This document shows, one piece after another, positions 30,001-42,834 of a DNA stretch of 64,000 nt (the stretch's first letter is position 1; every line of letters begins with the position of its first letter). This DNA comes from Eledone cirrhosa (Eukaryota). The DNA is taken from positions 5,456,001 to 5,520,000 of the forward strand of contig OZ024740.1 in the NCBI GenBank assembly GCA_964016885.1. Reading direction: 5' to 3'. Both the position numbers and the translations under genes were made by a program. The notes under the pieces are model-generated. The model was not told the DNA's origin. It saw only the letters and a program-made list of their open reading frames with translations, and searched no databases.

Positions 30001-33000
30001 AAAGTGGTCATGTAGGCATCAAGACAATAATCCCCTAGTCCACACTGTAAAGTGGTCATGTAGGCATCAAGACAATAAACCCCCATTCCACACTGTAAAG
30101 TGGTCATGTAGGTGTCAAGACAATAAGCCCCCAGTCCACACTGTAAAGTGGTCATATAGGTGTCATGACAATAAGCCCCCAGTCCACACTGTAAGGTGGT
30201 CCTGTAGGTGTCATGACAATAAGCCCCCAGTCCACACTGTAAAGTGGTAATGTAGGTATCAAGACAATAAGTACCCAGTCCACACTCTAAAGTGGCCATG
30301 TAGGTGTCATGACAATAAGCACCCAGTCGACACTGTAAAGTGGTCATGTAGGTGTCATGACAATAAGCGCCGAGTCCACACTGTAAAGTGGTCATGTAGG
30401 TGTCATGACAATAAGCCGCCAGTCCACGCTGTAAAGTTATCATGTAGGCATCAAGACCATAAGCCACCAGTCCACACTGTAAACTAGCCATCTAGGTATC
30501 AAGACGATAAGACCCCAGTCCACACTGTAAAGTGGTCATATAGGTGTCATGTCAATAAGCCCCCAGTCCACACTGTAAAGTGGTCATGTAGGTGTCATGT
30601 CAATAAGCCCCCAGTCCACACTGTAAAGTGGTCATATAGGTGTCAAGACAATAATGTCCCAGTCCACACTGTAAATTGTTCAGGTAGGTGTCATGACAAT
30701 GAGCCCCAGTCCACACTGTAAGGTGGTGTTGTAGGTGACGTGATAATAAGCCCCCAGTCAATACTGTAAAGTGTTCATGTAGGTGACATGACAATAAGCC
30801 CCCAGTCGACACTGTAATGTGGTCATGTAGGTGTCATGACAAAAAGCACCCAGTCGACACTGTAAAGTGGTCATATAGGTGTCAGGGCAATAAGTACCCA
30901 GTCCACAATGTAAAGTGGTCATGTAGGTGTCATGACAATAAGCCCCCAGTGTCACACTGTAAAATGGTCATGTAGGCATCAAGAAAATAAGCACCCAGTC
31001 CACACTGTAAAGTGGTCATGTAGGCATCAATACAATAAGCCCCCAGTCCACACTGTAAAGTGGTCATGTAGGTGTCATTTCAATAAGCCCCCACTCCACA
31101 CTGTAAAGTGGTCATGTAGGCATCAAGACAATAAGCCCCCAGTCGACTCTGTAAAGTGGTCATGTAGGCATCAAGACAATAATCCCCTATTCCACACTGT
31201 AAAGTGGTCATGCAGGCATGAAGACAATAAACCCCCAGTCCACACTGCAAAGTGGTCATGTAGGTGTCAAGACAATAAGCCCCCAGTCGACACTGTAAAG
31301 TGGTCATATACGTGTCATGACAATAAGCCCCCAGTCCACACTGTAAGGTGGTCCTGTAGGTGTCATGACAATAACCCCCAAGTCCACACTGTAAAGTGGT
31401 AATGTAGGTATCAAGACAATAAGTACCCAGTCCACACTCTAAAGTGGCCATGTAGGTGTCATGACAAAAAGCACCCAGTCGACACCGTAAAGTGGTCATG
31501 TAGGTGTCATGACAATAAGCGCCCAGTCCACACTGTAAAGTGGTCATGTAGGTGTCATGACAATAAGCCGCCAGTCCACAATGTAAAGTGGTCATGTAGG
31601 CATTAAGGCAATAAGCCCCCAGTCCACACTGTAATGTGGTCATGTATGTGTCATGACAATAAACCCCCAGTGTCACACTGTAAAGTGGTCATGTAGGTGT
31701 CTAAACAATAAGCCCCCAGTCCACACTGTAAAGTGGTCATGTAGGTGTCATGACAATAAGCCCCGAGTCCACACTGTAAGGTGGTCCTGTAGGTGTCATG
31801 ACAATAAGCCCCCAGTTCACACTGTAAAGTGGTCATGCATGTGTCATGACAATAAGCCCCCAGTGTCACACTGTAAAGTGGTCATGTAGGCATCAAGAAA
31901 ATAATCCCCCTGTCCACACTGTAAAGTGGTCATGTAGGCATCAAGACAATAAGCCCCCAGTCCACACTGTAAAGTGATCATGTAGGCATCAAGACAATAA
32001 GCCCCCAGTCCACACTGTAAAGTGGTCATATATGTGTCATGAAAATAAGCACCCAGTCCACACTGTAAAGTGGTCATGTAGGCATCAAGACAATAAGCCC
32101 CCAGTCCACACTGTAAAGTGGTCATGTAGGTGTCATTTCAATAAGCCCCCACTCCACACTGTAAAGTTATCATGTAGGCATCAAGACCATAAGACACCAG
32201 TCCACACTGTAAACTAGCCATCTAGGTATCAAGACGATAAGCCCCCAGTCCACACTGTAAAGTGGTCATATAGATGTCAAGACAATAAGGTCCCAGTCCA
32301 CACTGTAAATTGTTCAGGTAGGTGTCATGACAATAAGCCCCAGTCCACACTTTAAGGTGGTGTTGTAGGTGTCGTGATAATAAGCCCCCAGTCCACACTG
32401 TAAAGTGTTCATGTAGGTATCAAGACAATAAGTACCCAGTCCACACTGTAAAGTGGTCATGTAGGTGTCATGACAATAAGCCCCCAGTCCACACTGTAAA
32501 GTGGTCATGTAGGTGTCGTGACAATAACACCCAGTCCACACTGTAAAGTAGTCATGTAGGTATCAAGACGATAAGTACACAGTCCACACTGTAAAGTGGT
32601 CATGTAGGTGTCATGACAATAAGCACCCAGTCCACACTGTAAAGTGGTCATGTAGGTGTCATTACAATAAGCCCCTAGTCCACACTGTAAAGTCTTCATG
32701 TAGGCATCAAGACAATAAGCCCCCAGTCCTCACTGTAAAGTGGTCATGTAGGCATCAAGACAATAAGCCCCCAGTCCACACTGTAAAGTGGTCATGTAGG
32801 TGTCAAGATATTAAGCCCCCAGTCCACACTGTAAAGTGGTCATGTAGGTGTCATGACAATAAGCCCCGAGTCCACACTGTAAGGTGGTCCTGTAGGTTTC
32901 ATGACAATAAGCCCCCAGTCCACACTGTAAAGTGGTCATGTAGGCATCAAGACAGTAAGCCCCCAGTCCACACTGTAAAGTGGTCATGTATGTGTCATGA

Positions 33001-36000
33001 AAATAAGCACCCAGTGTCACACTGTAAAATGGTCATGTAGGCATCAAGAAAATAATCCCCCTGTCCACACTGTAAAGTGGTCATGTAGGCATCAAGACAA
33101 TAAGCCCCCAGTCCACACTGTAAAGTGATCATGTAGGCATCAAGACAATAAGCCCCCAGTCCACACTGTAAAGTGGTCATGTATGTGTCATGAAAATAAG
33201 CACCCAGTCCACACTGTAAAGTGGTCATGTAGGCATCAAGACAATAAGCCCCCAGTCCACACTGTAAAGTGGTCATGTAGGTGTCATTTCAATAAGCCCC
33301 CACTCCACACTGTAAAGTGGTCATGTAGGCATCAAGACAATAAGCCCCCAGTCGACTCTGTAAAGTGGTCATGTAGGCATCAAGACAATAATCCCCTAGT
33401 CCACACTGTAAAGTGGTCATGTAGGCATCAAGACAATAAACCCCCAGTCCACACTGTAAAGTGGTCATGTAGGTGTCAAGACAATAAGCCCCCAGTCCAC
33501 ACTGTAAAGTGGTCATATAGGTGTCATGACAAGAAGCCCCCAGTCCACACTGTAAGGTGGTCCTGTAGGTGTCATGACAATAAGCCCCCAGTCCACACTG
33601 TAAAGTGGTAATGTAGGTATCACGACAATAAGTACCCAGTCCACACTCTAAAGTGGCCATGTAGGTGTCATGACAATAAGCACCCAGTCCACACTGTAAA
33701 GTGGTCATGTAGGTGTCATGTCAATCAGCCCCCAGTCCACACTGTAAAGTGGTCATATAGGTGTCAAGACAATAATGTCCCAGTCCACACTGTAAATTGT
33801 TCGGGTAGGTGTCATGACAATGAGCCCCAGTCCACACTGTAAGGTGGTGTTGTAGGTGACGTGATAATAAGCCCCCAGTCAACACTGTAAAGTGTTCATG
33901 TAGGTGTCATGACAATAAGCCCCCAGTCGACACTGTAAAGTGGTCATGTAGGTGTCATGACAAAAAGCACCCAGTCCACACTGTAAAGTGGTCATGTAGG
34001 TATCAAGACGATAAGCCCCCAGTCCACACTGTAAGGTGGTCCTGTAGGTGTCATGACAATAAGCCCCCAGTCCACACTGTAAAGTGGTAATGTAGGTATC
34101 AAGACAATAAGTACCCAGTCCACACTCTAAAGAGGCCATGTAGGTGTCATGACAATAAGCACCCAGTCGACACCGTAAAGTGGTCATGTAGGTGTCATGA
34201 CAATAAGCGCCCAGTCCACACTGTAAAGTGGTCATGTAGGTGTCATGACAATAAGCCACCAGTCCACACTGTAATGTGGTCATGTATGCGTCATGACAAT
34301 AAACCCCCAGTGTCACACCGTAAAGTGGTTATGTAGGCATCAAGAAAATAATCCCCCTGTCCACACTGTAAAGTGGTCATGTAGGCATCAAGACAATAAG
34401 CCCCCAGTCCACACTGTAAAGTGGTCATGTAGGTGTCTAAACAATAAGCCCCCAGTCCACACTGTAAATTGGTCATGTAGGTGTCATGACAATAAGCCCC
34501 AAGTCCACACTGTAAGGTGGTCCTGTAGGTGTCATGACAATAAGCCCCCAGTCCACACTGTAAAGTGGTCATGTAGGCATCAAGACAATAAGCCCCCAGT
34601 TCACACTGTAAAGTGGTCATGTATGTGTCATGACAATAAGCCCCCAGTGTCACACTGTAAAGTGGTCATGTAGGCATCAAGGAAATAATCCCCCTCTCCA
34701 CACTGTAAAGTGGTCATGTAGGCATCAAGACAATAAGCCCCCAGTCCACACTGTAAAGTGGTCATGTAGGTGTCATGACAATAAGCCCCGAGTCCACACT
34801 GTAAAGTGGTCATGTAGGTGTCATGACAATAAGCCCCCAGTCCAGACTGTAAAGTGGTCATGTAGGTGTCATGACAAAAAGCACCCAGTCCACACTGTAA
34901 AGTGGTCATATAGGTGTCAGGGCAATAAATACCCATCCACAATGTAAAGTGGTCATGTATTTGTCATGACAAAAAGCACCCAGTCCACACTGTAAAGTGG
35001 TCATGTAGGTATCAAGACAATAATCACCCAGTCTACACTGTAAAGTTTTCATGTAGGTATCAAGACAAAAAGTACACAGGCTACACTGTAAAGTTGTCAT
35101 GTAGGTATCAAGACAATAAGCACCCGGTCTACACTGAAATGTGGTCATGTAGGTGTCGTGACAATAACACCCAGTCCACACTGTAAAGTGGTCATGTAGG
35201 TATCAAGACGATAAGTACACAGTCCACACTGTAAAGTGGTCATGTAGGTGTCACGACAATAAGCACCCAGTCCACACTGTAAAGTGGTCATGTAGGTGTC
35301 ATTACAATAAGCCCCCAGTCCACACTGTAAAGTCTTCATGTAGGCATCAAGACAATAAACCCCCAGTCCTCACTGTAAAGTGGTCATGTAGGCATCAAGA
35401 CAATAAGCCCCCAGTCCACACTGTAAAGTGGTCATGTAGGTGTCAAGACATTAAGCCCCCAGTCCACACTGTAAAGTGGTCATGTAGGTGTCATGCCAAT
35501 AAGCCCCGAGTCCACACTGTAAAGTGGTCATGTAGGCATCAAGACAATAAGCCCCCAGTCCACACTGTAAAGTGGTTATGTATGTGTCATGACAATAAGC
35601 CCCCAGTGTCACACTGTAAAATGGTCATGTAGGCATCAAGAAAATAAGCACCCAGTCCACACTGTAAAGTGGTCATGTAGGCATCAATACAATAAGCCCC
35701 CAGTCCACACTGTAAAGTGGTCATGTAGGTGTCATTTCAATAACCCCCCACTCCACACTGTAAAGTGGTCATGTAGGCATCAAGACAATAAGCCCCCAGT
35801 CGACTCTGTAAAGTGGTCATGTAGGCATCAAGACAATAATCCCCTAGTCCACACTGTAAAGTGGTCATGTAGGCATCAAGACAATAAACCCCCAGTCCAC
35901 ACCGTAAAGTGGTCATGTAGGTGTCAAGACAATAAGCCCCCAGTCCACACTGCAAAGTGGTCATATACGTGTCATGACAATAAGCCCCCAGTCCACACTG

Positions 36001-39000
36001 TAAGGTGGTCCTGTAGGTGTCATGACAATAAGCCCCCAGTCCACACTGTAAAGTGGTAATGTAGGTATCAAGACAATAAGTACCCAGTCCACACTCTAAA
36101 GTGGCCATGTAGGTGTCATGACAATAAGCACCCAGTCGACACTGTAAAGTGGTCATGTAGGTGTCATGACAATAAGCGCCGAGTCCACACTGTAAAGTGG
36201 TCATGTAGGTGTCATGACAATAAGCCGCCAGTCCACACTGTAAAGTTATCATGTAGGCATCAAGACCATAAGCCACCAGTCCACACTGTAAACTAGCCAT
36301 CTAGGTATCAAGACGATAAGACCCCAGTCCACACTGTAAAGTGGTCATGTAGGCATCAAGACAATACTCCCCTAGTCCACACTGTAAAGTGGTCATGTAG
36401 GCATCAAGACAATAAACCCCCAGTCCACACTGTAAAGTGGTCATGTAGGTGTCATGTCAATAAGCCCCCAGTCCACACTGTAAAGTGGTCATGTAGGTGT
36501 CATATCAATAAGCCCCCAGTCCACACTGTAAAGTGGTCATATAGGTGTCAAGACAATAATGTCCCAGTCCACACTGTAAATTGTTCAGGTAGGTGTCATG
36601 ACAATGAGCCCCAGTCCACACTGTAAGGTGGTGTTGTAGGTGACGTGATAATAAGCCCCCAGTCAACACTGTAAAGTGTTCATGTAGGTGACATGACAAT
36701 AAGCCCCCAGTCGACACTGTAAAGTGGTCATGTAGGTGTCATGACAAAAAGCACCCAGTCGACACTGTAAAGTGGTCATATAGGTGTCAGGGCAATAAGT
36801 ACCCAGTCCACAATGTAAAGTGGTCATGTAGGTGTCAAGACAATAAGCCCCCAGTCGACACTGTAAAGTGGTCATATAAGTGTCATGACAATAAGCCCCC
36901 AGTCCACACTGTAAGGTGGTCCTGTAGGTGTCATGACAATAAGCCCCCAGTCCACACTGTAAAGTGGTAATGTAGGTATCAAGACAATAAGTACCCAGTC
37001 CACACTCTAAAGTGGCCATGTAGGTGTCATGACAATAAGCACCCAGTCGACACTGTAAAGTGTTCATGTAGGTGTCATGACAATAAGCCCCCAGTCTACA
37101 CTGTAAAGTGGTCATGTAGGCATCAAGACAAGAAGCCCCCGCTCCACACTGTAAAGTGGTCATTAAGGAATCAAGACAATAATCCGCCAGTCCACACTGT
37201 AAAGTGGTCATGTAGGCATCAAGACAATAAGCCCCCAGTCCACACTGTAAAGTGTTCATGTAGGTGTCATGACAATAAGCCCCCAGTCTACACTGTAAAG
37301 TGGTCATGTAGGCATCAAGACAAGAAGCCCCCGCTCCACACTGTAAAGTGGTCATTAAGGAATCAAGACAATAATCCGCCAGTCCACACTGTAAAGTGGT
37401 CATGTAGGCATCAAGACAATAAGCCCCCAGTCCACACTGTAAAGTGGTCATGTAGGTATCAAGACAATAACCCCTCAGTTCACACTGTAAAGTGGTCATG
37501 TAGGCATCAAGACAATAAGCCCCCAATCCACACTGTAAAGTGGTCATGTAGGCATCAAGACAATAAGCCCCCAGTCCACACTGTAAAGTGGTCATGTAGG
37601 TGTCATGACAACAAGCCCCCAGTGTCACACTGTAAAGTGGTCATGTAGGCATCAAGACAATAAGCCCCCAGTCCACACTGTAAAATGATCATGTTGGCAT
37701 CAAGACAATAAACCTCCAGTCCACATTGTAAAGTGGTTATGTAGGTGTCATGACAATAAGCCTCCATTCCACACTGTAAAGTGGTCATGTAGGCATCAAG
37801 AAAATAATCCCCCAGTCCACACTGTAAAGTGGTCATGTAGGCATCAACACAATAAGCTCCCAGTCCATACTGTAAAGTGGTCATTTAGGTGTCATGACAA
37901 TAAGCCTCCAGTCCATACTGTAAAGTGGTCATGTAGGTGTCGTGACAATAAGCCCCAGTCCACACTGTAAAGTGGTCATGCAGGTATCAAGACAATAAGT
38001 ACCCAGTCCACACTGTAAAGAGTTCATGTAGGTGTCATGACAATAAGCCCCCAGTCCACACTGTAAAGAGTTCATGTAGGTGTCATGACAATAAGCCCCC
38101 AGTCCACATTGTAAAGTGGTCATGTAGGTGTCTTGCAATAAGCCCCCAGTCCACACTGTAAAGTGGTCATGTAGGTGTCATGACAATAAGCCCCCAGTCC
38201 ACACTGTAAAGAGTTCATGTAGGTGTCATGACAATAAGCCCCCAGTCCACATTGTAAAGTGGTCATGTAGGTGTCTTGCAATAAGCCCCCAGTCCACACT
38301 GTAAAGTGGTCATGTAGGTGTCATGACAAAAAGCACCCAGTCCACACTGTAAAGAGTTCATGTAGGTGTCATGACAATAAGCCCCCAGTCCACATTGTAA
38401 AGTGGTCATGTAGGTGTCTTGCAATAAGCCCCCAGTCCACACTGTAAAGTGGTCATGTAGGTGTCATGACAATAAGCCCCCAGTCCACACTGTAAAGTGG
38501 TCATGTAGGCATCAAGACAAGAAGCCCCCGCTCCACACTGTAAAGTGGTCATGTAGGTGTCATGACAACAAGCTCCCAGTTCACACTGTAAAGTGGTCAT
38601 ATAGGTGTCAAGACAATAAGGTCCCAGTTCACACTGTAAAGTGGTCAGGTAGGTGTCATGACAGTAAGCCCCCAGTCCACACTGTAAGGTGGTCCTGTAG
38701 GTGTCATGACAATAAGCCCCCAGTCCAGACTTTAAAGTGGTTATGTGGGTGTCATGGCAAAAAGCACCCAGTCCACACTATAAAGTGGTCATGTATGTGT
38801 CTCAACAAAATGCACCCATACCACACTGTAAAGTGGTCATGTAGGTGTCACAACAAAAAGTACCCAGTCCACACTGTAAAGTGGTCATATAGGTGTCAAG
38901 GCAATAAGTACCCAGTCCACAATGTAAAGTGGTCATGTAGGTGTCATGACAAAAAGCACACAGTCCACACTGTGAAGTGGTCATGTAGGTATCAAGACAA

Positions 39001-40417
39001 AAAGTACACAGTCCACACTGTAAAGTTGTCATGTAGGTATCAAGACAATAAGCCACCAGTCTACACTGTAAAGTGGTCATGTAGGTGTCGTGACAATAAG
39101 CCCCCAGTCCACACTGTAAGGTGGTCATGTAGGTATCAAGACAATAAGTACCCAGTCCACACTGTAAAGTGGTCATGTAGGTGTCATGACAATAAGCTCC
39201 CAGTCCACACTGTAAAGTGGTCATGTAGGTGTCATGACAATAAGCCCCCAGTCCACACTGTAAAGTGGTCATGTAGGCATCAAGACAATAAGCCCCCAGT
39301 CCACACTGTAAAGTGGTCATGTAGGCATCTAGACAATAAGCCCCCAGTCCACACTGTAAAGTGGTCATGTAGGTGTCATGACTATAAGCCCCCAGTCCAC
39401 ACTGTAAAGTGGTCATGTAGGTGTCATGACAATAAGCTCCCAGTCCACACTGTAAAGTGGTCATTAAGGCATCAAGACAATAATCCGCCAGTCCACACTG
39501 TAAAGTGGTCATGTAGGCATCAAGACAATAAGCCCCCAGTCCACACTGTAAAGTGGTCATGTAGGTATCAAGACAATAAGCCCTCAGTTCACACTGTAAA
39601 GTGGTCATGTAGGCATCAAGACAATAAGCCCCCAATCCACACTGTAAAGTGGTCATGTAGGCATCAAGACAATAAGCCCCCAGTCCACACTGTAAAGTGG
39701 TCATGTAGGTGTCATGACAATAAGCCCCCAGTGTCACACTGTAAAGTGGTCATGTAGGCATCAAGACAATAAGCCCCCAGTCCACACTGTAAAATGATCA
39801 TGTTGGCATCAAGACAATAAACCTCCAGTCCACATTGTAAAGTGGTTAAGTAGGTGTCATGACAATAAGCCTCCATTCCACACTGTAAAGTGGTCATGTA
39901 GGCATCAAGAAAATAATCCCCCAGTCCACACTGTAAAGTGGTCATGTAGGCATCAACACATTAAGCCCCCAGTCCATACTGTAAAGTGGTCATTTAGGTG
40001 TCATGACAATAAGCCTCCAGTCCATACTGTAAAGTGGTCATGTTGGTGTTGTGACAATAAGCCCCAGTCCACACTGTAAAGTGGTCATGCAGGTATCAAG
40101 ACAATAAGTACCCAGTCCACACTGTAAAGTGGTCATGTATGTGTCAAGACAATAAGTACCCTGTCCACACTGTAAAGTGGTCATGTAGGTGTCTTGACAA
40201 AAAGTACACAGTCCACACTGTAAAGTGGTCATGTAGGCATCAAGACAATAAGTACCAAGTACTCACTGTAAAGTTGTCATGTAGGTATCAAGACAATAAG
40301 TACCCAGTACTCACTGTAAAGTGGTCATGTAGGTGTCAAGACAAAAAGCACCCAGTACTCACTGTAAAGTTGTCTTGTAGGCATGAAGACAAAAAGCACC
40401 CAGTACTCACTGTAAAT
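1..40417 (+). repeat. 48-bp satellite/minisatellite array, ~840 monomers, open at the left window edge
   Basis: Continuous repeats of consensus ACACTGTAAAGTGGTCATGTAGG(CATCAA/TGTCAT)GACAATAAGCCCCCAGTCC, with scattered substitutions and occasional 46/47/49-bp variants. The last monomer ends at CAGTACTCACTGTAAA (~40417). Confidence 0.98.
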
Positions 40418-40582
40418 CAAGTTGGCACTAGGAAGGACATCCAGCTCTAGAAACCAAGCCAAAATCAGTTGTGTATGAGCAAGACATGGTCACCTGACCT
40501 GGCATAGCTCACAATGCGATATCTCGTCTAACCCATGCTAGCGTCGAAATATGGACATTAAATGGTGATGATGATGATGAAT
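40418..40582 (+). mobile_element. RTE-type retroposon (LINE/SINE) 3' terminus with (GAT)n tail, contiguous with the 48-bp array
   Basis: GTTGGCACTAGGAAGGACATCCAGCTCTAGAAACC...ACCCATGCTAGCGTCGAAATATGGACATTAAATGGTGATGATGATGATGA matches the reverse complement of the RTE end at 49139-49295 and of 63838-64000. Confidence 0.85.
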
Positions 40583-40639
40583 GTAAATTAACCAAAAGCA
40601 ATGTATCTACTAACGACATGGCTTTGTGTGTAACTTGGA

Positions 40640-40993
40640 GACCAGAGCGTCACTCAATGGGGTGCTGCTACTTCTCTGAATCGAGAGATCACAGCTGCGA
40701 TAGTATAGACATGTGGTTAGAATGTCTCAGGAAAGAATCGCTGGACAGATTTTATGGGCAAAACCAACTTGCAGGAGACCCAGGGGTAGACCCTGAGACA
40801 GATGGTTGGATAACATACTTGAGCTTGGCTGGTCTTGCTTGCAGATCTAGCCGGATCAGTTGGAGATTGTTGCATCTGACAGGATCTGTTGGATAGCATG
40901 TTTGAGGACTCTGACCCCATGACCCTCTCGGGAGAAGGAGAAGAAGAAGAAGAAGAAGAAGAAGAAGAAGAAGAAGAAGAAGAAGAAGAAGAA
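40640..40993 (+). mobile_element. Degenerate 3' fragment of an RTE/Expander-like LINE with (GAA)n tail
   Basis: Manual translation from ~40666 gives LLLL*IERSQLR*YRHVVRMSQERIAGQILWAKPTCRRPRGRP*DRWLDNI, the typical RTE C-terminal LRW.GH..RM...R.RGRP..RW motif with stops. Followed by ~20 GAA units. Confidence 0.75.
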
Positions 40994-41159
40994 GGCGTCT
41001 ATTTCACTATTGATTCTGCCTGATGCTCCACTGATTTTGCCATCCAGTGGCACATTTATTCAATAATAATAGAATAACTATAACATCAAGGAGAGAAATA
41101 TATTCCTGTGAAGTTGTAATGCAATGATTTCAATATGATCATTTAAAATAACATCACTT

Positions 41160-41183
41160 ATATGTACATGAATATATATATGT

Positions 41184-41274
<91 letters not shown>

Positions 41275-41337
41275 TATATATGTAATAGGTAAATAGAAAT
41301 AATAACACAATCGGTACAGTATATGGAAGGATATATG

Positions 41338-41368
<31 letters not shown>

Positions 41369-41412
41369 GTATATGTTTATATACACATTTACATATATAT
41401 ATATATTCATAT

Positions 41413-41462
<50 letters not shown>

Positions 41463-41498
41463 ATATATACTATATATATATATATATACAATATATAT

Positions 41499-41550
<52 letters not shown>

Positions 41551-41590
41551 TATTCCTATATTTATTCAATTATTTATACATATATTTTAT
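41160..41590. repeat. (TA)n microsatellite cluster
   Basis: Long pure and interrupted TA runs. Confidence 0.95.
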
Positions 41591-41636
41591 TGTAAACTGA
41601 AATGAGATTTTTATGACCCTAGATTTCGATTATACA

Positions 41637-41852
41637 GGCACATATACACATACATACACACATACACACATACATACACACATACACACATACATACATG
41701 CACACATACATACATACACACATACATACACACATACATACACACATACATACATACATACATACACATAAACATACACACACACATACATACATATAAA
41801 CATACACACACACATACATACACACATACATACACACATACATACACACAAA
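41637..41852. repeat. (CATA/CA)n compound microsatellite
   Basis: catacatacacaca repeats. Confidence 0.95.
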
Positions 41853-42189
41853 CATGGTGGCTGCCAACTCGTTTTCGAGTACGGCCACTACTTTATATCC
41901 ATGTAGGAGAACCCCTACCGATGCGCTGAATAAGTGTGACTTTTTAGTCCAGCCAGCGACTTGAAAACTCTGGTACAAACACTACACTTGTGACAATTAT
42001 TGACACATAGTGCTGGGCCCATGATACCATGTGACGACAAGTGCAGAGAGATCTCCAGATATAAAGCAATGCCTGTGCTGTGAAGCTTTTATAGTGAGCA
42101 AAGGCACTGCACAAAGCCAGTCCCACTCTCTTAACCAAGATGATATTTACCAAAAAGAAGAACAAGTCAACATCATTGGAAACCATCAG

Positions 42190-42463
42190 GGTTGCAGGTG
42201 TTATATCAGAGTTTTCCTTCTCCTAGAATTCTGCCTTGACAAAGGTTAAGGGGTCATCTCTCCCGGTGATTTTGGATGGCCATTGACTCTTAAGAGCTCC
42301 TTTGCCCTTTGACAGGTTTTGTTTTTAGTCCTGCAGGATGTCCAAAGTCACCCTCCTCACCAAGAAACCTTGGTGGGGTTGCCAGTTTAGTCGCCAACGA
42401 CCCGACCATGGGACAGGTTGTACTGGGATACATGTTACCAGTAGCACCAACTGGTGACCTGAC
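42190..42463 (-). mobile_element. Possible RTE-family 5' UTR-derived fragment
   Basis: The minus strand has GGCAGAATTCTAGGAGAAGGAAAACTCTGA and GGCAACCCC, recalling RTE/BovB-like 5' UTR motifs (from memory, not searched). No ORF. Confidence 0.35.
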
Positions 42464-42578
42464 ACAAACATACACACATACATACACACATACATACACA
42501 TAAACATACACACACATACATACACATAAATATACACATATATACAGACATACATACACATACACACACATACATACA

Positions 42579-42611
<33 letters not shown>

Positions 42612-42705
42612 GTATGTATATATGTATGTATGTATGTATGTAAAATCATTTTCAACTATGTATGTATATATATGCGTGTGTATATGTATATACATTTATG
42701 TATGC
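42464..42705. repeat. (CATA)n/(TATG)n microsatellite, head-to-head
   Basis: cata repeats switch to tatg repeats near 42610. Confidence 0.9.
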
Positions 42706-42834
42706 TTTATTTTAAAATAATCACAGGAAATTGACCAAAGTTGGCAGAGGTTAGTTGTGGCAGAAGAATAGAAAGAATAATGGCAACCATTTTATATTGA
42801 TTAGGATTCAGCAGAGCTTTTCACCAGATATACA

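Noticed and set aside
1-40417. CRISPR-like array
   Set aside because: No unique spacers, the whole monomer is repeated, no cas genes, eukaryotic context.
299-40450. Many Cys-rich ORFs (MTTLQCGLGAYCLDAY / VHTVKWSCRHQDNKPP repeats) suggesting a keratin-associated or metal-binding repeat protein
   Set aside because: They follow from the 48-bp (3n) period, are open on both strands, and are broken by frequent stops and 46/47/49-bp frameshifting monomers. The monomer derives from a retroposon UTR.
41853-42190. Possible host exon (short ORFs 41944-42249)
   Set aside because: No recognisable protein motif or convincing splice pair. Cannot be supported without expression data.
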